Positions 61,260-64,000 of a DNA stretch of 64,000 bases are shown here, piece after piece. The stretch comes from Nitrospirales bacterium (GTDB lineage: Bacteria > Nitrospirota > Nitrospiria > Nitrospirales > UBA8639), in contig CBDBCZ010000019.1 in the NCBI GenBank assembly GCA_965203295.1, positions 1,280,001 through 1,344,000 on the forward strand. The letters are read 5' to 3'. Positions within the stretch are counted from its first letter, which is position 1. Each line of letters begins with the position of its first letter. The position numbers were made by a program, and so were the translations under genes. The notes under the pieces were generated by a model, which did not search any database, had not been told where the DNA came from, and worked only from the letters and a program-made list of their open reading frames with translations.

Positions 61260-61321
61260 AGAAACAATGAAACAGAGTTAACTGGAAGTCAGGTTTTGAT
61301 GACTTAATACTTTCCTTCCAC

Positions 61322-62506
61322 TCACTGAGGATTTGTCTCAGGTTCTACGAAAGGCTCGTATCGGCGAGTGACACGAGGCCCAATATTACAGAGAACCTCG
61401 TAGGGAATCGTTTCCTGCCAATCTGCCAATTCACCCACTGAAATTTCTTCCTTTCCCTGCTTCCCTACTAACACCACTTCATCTCCTGGGCGGACCTGAG
61501 GCGTATCAGTGATGTCAAGGAGCATCATGTCCATGCAAATTTGTCCGACAATTGGGACTCGCTGATTGCCCGCTAAGACAAAACCCCGATTCGAGAGACG
61601 TCGGCTATACCCGTGAGCATACCCGATGGGAAGCACCGCAATTCGGGAGGGACGTCTTGTTTTGTAGGTACCCTTGTAACTGACAGGTTCTCCAGAATCA
61701 ATTTTCCGAACTTGGACGATTTTTGTGGTGAGCCTCATGGCTGGCAGAAGGTCGAGAGCGTGAGGGGGAGGAGGTTTTGGGGCAAACCCGTAAAGCATGA
61801 GTCCTGGGCGGACGAGATTAAAATGAGAAGATGGGTGGAGGACGATTCCCGCTGTGTTGGCTGCGTGGACAAAAGGAATCGTAAGCCCCCTTAGTTGAAT
61901 GTCACGCACAACCTTTTGGAAGCAGTCGAGCTGAAGCTCGGAAAACTCGTGATTAGGGTTATCGGCATCGGCGAGATGAGTCATGATACCTTCAATAAAA
62001 CAGGCTTGCCGAAAAAGGGGTGCCTCAAGAATATGCGAAACGGATTCAGGACTAAACCCAAGACGATGCATGCCCGTGTCGATCTTGATATGCACGCTGT
62101 AGGGTGTTGGGTGATCTTTGAGGTGTTCAGCTAGGGCAAAGGCTGTCTCTTCGTCAGAAATCACTGGGATAAGGTTGTATTGAATCAAATCTGAGAACTG
62201 CCAAGGAAAGATGCCACCTAAAAGGACAATAGAACCCTCTACCCCATTTTCCCGTAAAAAAGCACCTTCTTGAACGGTGGAAACGCCAAAACGACGGATC
62301 CCCAACTTGAAAAGAGTTCGGGCAACAGGCAAGGCTCCATGCCCATACCCATCGGCTTTCACAATGGCCAGAATTTCGCAATTTGGTTCGAGCAATCGAC
62401 GGAGCTCAGCCAGATTGTGAGCAATGGCAGGAAGACTAATCGAAGCAATGGTAGGGGAGTCGTGGGAGATGTCAGGTAGTCTGATCACAGCAGATTGGTT
62501 GGACAC
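61322..62506 (-). CDS. alr: Alanine racemase
   Basis: AIVKADGYGHG PLP lysine, KIDTGMHRLG, VRPGLMLYG, CMDM, TIPYE. Confidence 0.96.
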   Translation of the reverse strand: MSNQSAVIRLPDISHDSPTIASISLPAIAHNLAELRRLLEPNCEILAIVKADGYGHGALPVARTLFKLGIRRFGVSTVQEGAFLRENGVEGSIVLLGGIFPWQFSDLIQYNLIPVISDEETAFALAEHLKDHPTPYSVHIKIDTGMHRLGFSPESVSHILEAPLFRQACFIEGIMTHLADADNPNHEFSELQLDCFQKVVRDIQLRGLTIPFVHAANTAGIVLHPSSHFNLVRPGLMLYGFAPKPPPPHALDLLPAMRLTTKIVQVRKIDSGEPVSYKGTYKTRRPSRIAVLPIGYAHGYSRRLSNRGFVLAGNQRVPIVGQICMDMMLLDITDTPQVRPGDEVVLVGKQGKEEISVGELADWQETIPYEVLCNIGPRVTRRYEPFVEPETNPQ

Positions 62507-62515
62507 GAAGGCACC

Positions 62516-63073
62516 TCAAATTTCTAATATTTCCTCCTCCTTTTTCTTTAAGAGCTTGTCAACCTTTTTGACATCTTGATCTGTCAGTTTCTGAATTTCA
62601 GCCTCTCCCTGATGTAATTCATCTTCTGTTATTTTGGATTCCTTCTGAAGTTCTTTTAATCGGTCGTTTCCTTCCCGTCGAATCCCACGGATATGAACCT
62701 TTGTCTCTTCACCATACTTTTTACTTATTTTAACAAGTTCTTTACGACGTTCTTCACTTAACGGGGGAATGGGCAATCGGACGATTTTCCCGTCATTGGA
62801 TGGTGTGAGCCCTAACTCCGAAGACAAAATGGCCTTTTCAATTTCTTTGATTAACGTGGGATCCCAAGGCTGAATCGTGATAAGTCGAGTATCGGACAAA
62901 GCCAAATTGGCGACTTGCTTCAATGGGGTGGGGTTTCCGTAATACTCCACGGTGACCCGGTCTAACAATGAAAGGGAGGCACGTCCTGTCCGCAAGCCAG
63001 CCAGTTCTCTCTTGAGGTGCTCAATGGCTCCATCCATTTGCTGCGTCAATTTTTGAAGAACAGCCTGGTCCAT
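62516..63073 (-). CDS. frr: Ribosome recycling factor
   Basis: LRTGRAS, YYG.PTPL.Q.A, LGLTPSNDG, LSEERRKEL. Confidence 0.97.
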   Translation of the reverse strand: MDQAVLQKLTQQMDGAIEHLKRELAGLRTGRASLSLLDRVTVEYYGNPTPLKQVANLALSDTRLITIQPWDPTLIKEIEKAILSSELGLTPSNDGKIVRLPIPPLSEERRKELVKISKKYGEETKVHIRGIRREGNDRLKELQKESKITEDELHQGEAEIQKLTDQDVKKVDKLLKKKEEEILEI

Positions 63074-63090
63074 CTCCTTCCGCTCACTCC

Positions 63091-63822
63091 TTAGTTTAAG
63101 GTGGCAGTATGGCTCACAAGTGTTCCTATTTTATCGCCTTGGACCACTCGCTTCAAATTTCCTGGCTCGGTCAAATTAAACACGATGAGAGGTAGTTGGT
63201 TATCCATGCAGAGAGTAATCGCAGTCGCGTCCATGACTTTAAGGCTTTTATTCAATATTGAGAGGAACGGCAGTTCAGCATACATTTTAGCCGTTGGATT
63301 GGTTAGGGGGTCTGCCTCGTAAATCCCATTGACCTTCGTGCCTTTCATGATGACTTCGGCCCCAACTTCCATAGCGCGAAGGGCAGCGGCTGTGTCAGTG
63401 GTGAAATAGGGGTTCCCGGTACCGGCAGCAAAAATGACAATCCGTTTCTTCTCGAGGTGGCGAATAGCCCGTCGACGGATATACCCTTCGGCTAATTGAT
63501 GCATTTCAATCGCCGATAACACACGGGTTGCAATCTTCTTTTTCTCCAGCGCATTCTGCAGCGCTAGCGCATTGAGCATGGTCGCCAGCATGCCCATGTA
63601 ATCGGCCGATGCCCTTTCCATTCCCGATGCACTCGCTGCGATTCCCCGAAAGATGTTCCCACCACCAATGACCAGAGCGACTTCCACCTCCATGCTCACA
63701 ATGTCAGCAATTTCACTCGTGAGTTGGTTGAGCACCTCAGGTTGGATTCCGTAATTCAGGTCGCCTGCCAACATCTCTCCACTGATTTTGAGAAGAATGC
63801 GACGGTATTGGCGTGATTTCAT
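63091..63822 (-). CDS. pyrH: UMP kinase
   Basis: [37 protein letters not shown]. Confidence 0.98.
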   Translation of the reverse strand: MKSRQYRRILLKISGEMLAGDLNYGIQPEVLNQLTSEIADIVSMEVEVALVIGGGNIFRGIAASASGMERASADYMGMLATMLNALALQNALEKKKIATRVLSAIEMHQLAEGYIRRRAIRHLEKKRIVIFAAGTGNPYFTTDTAAALRAMEVGAEVIMKGTKVNGIYEADPLTNPTAKMYAELPFLSILNKSLKVMDATAITLCMDNQLPLIVFNLTEPGNLKRVVQGDKIGTLVSHTATLN

Positions 63823-64000
63823 CCCTGTCCCAATTGGTAGCGAGTAAATCGTCTAATAGAAATGTTTTCCCCAATTTTGGCGATTATTTGGTTGAGCAGT
63901 TCATTGACGGACACAGACGTATCTTTAATAAAGGCCTGTTCTCGCAAGCATTGATCTTGATAAAATTTCTCAACTTTTCCATTGACAATCTTATCCCAAG
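63819..64000 (-). CDS. tsf: 3' end of elongation factor Ts (truncated by window end)
   Basis: Manual translation [26 protein letters not shown]...[19 protein letters not shown]; canonical tsf-pyrH-frr order. Confidence 0.93.
   Translation of the reverse strand, partial: WDKIVNGKVEKFYQDQCLREQAFIKDTSVSVNELLNQIIAKIGENISIRRFTRYQLGQG

Noticed and set aside
61063..61281. 72-aa ORF overlapping the structured element
   Set aside because: TTG start, no RBS and no motif; better explained as a chance frame across a GC-rich palindrome.
1..64000. CRISPR array or cas genes
   Set aside because: No regularly spaced 25-45 bp direct repeats and no Cas-like ORFs were seen.

Overview
Bacterial chromosomal window of moderate GC, most likely from a Nitrospirota/Nitrospirales organism (inferred from gene order and protein style, not verified). 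It carries mostly housekeeping and cofactor loci: two tatC paralogues with a Moco/Fe-S/hexaheme cytochrome cluster, a complete trpEGDCFBA operon followed by rqcH, ligA/mug/msrA, glyQS-ppdK-ribD, a corrinoid salvage locus with two cobalamin riboswitches, and tsf-pyrH-frr-alr. Accessory DNA comprises a decayed tRNA-Thr(TGT) island (integrase remnant plus AbrB/PIN toxin-antitoxin pair), an intact GC-rich RAYT-type HUH transposase bounded by perfect 11-bp inverted repeats, and two structured palindromic intergenic elements. The strongest window-wide signal is selective gene decay. About 13 non-essential genes carry frameshifts or nonsense codons, and many intact genes show GC-to-AT-type substitutions in normally conserved motifs, while essential genes stay open. 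No CRISPR array or rRNA was seen. Candidate undescribed systems are a Tat/Moco/Nbp35-like/hexaheme maturation module, a MoxR-type AAA+ ATPase with an uncharacterised large partner, and the IR-bounded RAYT element.
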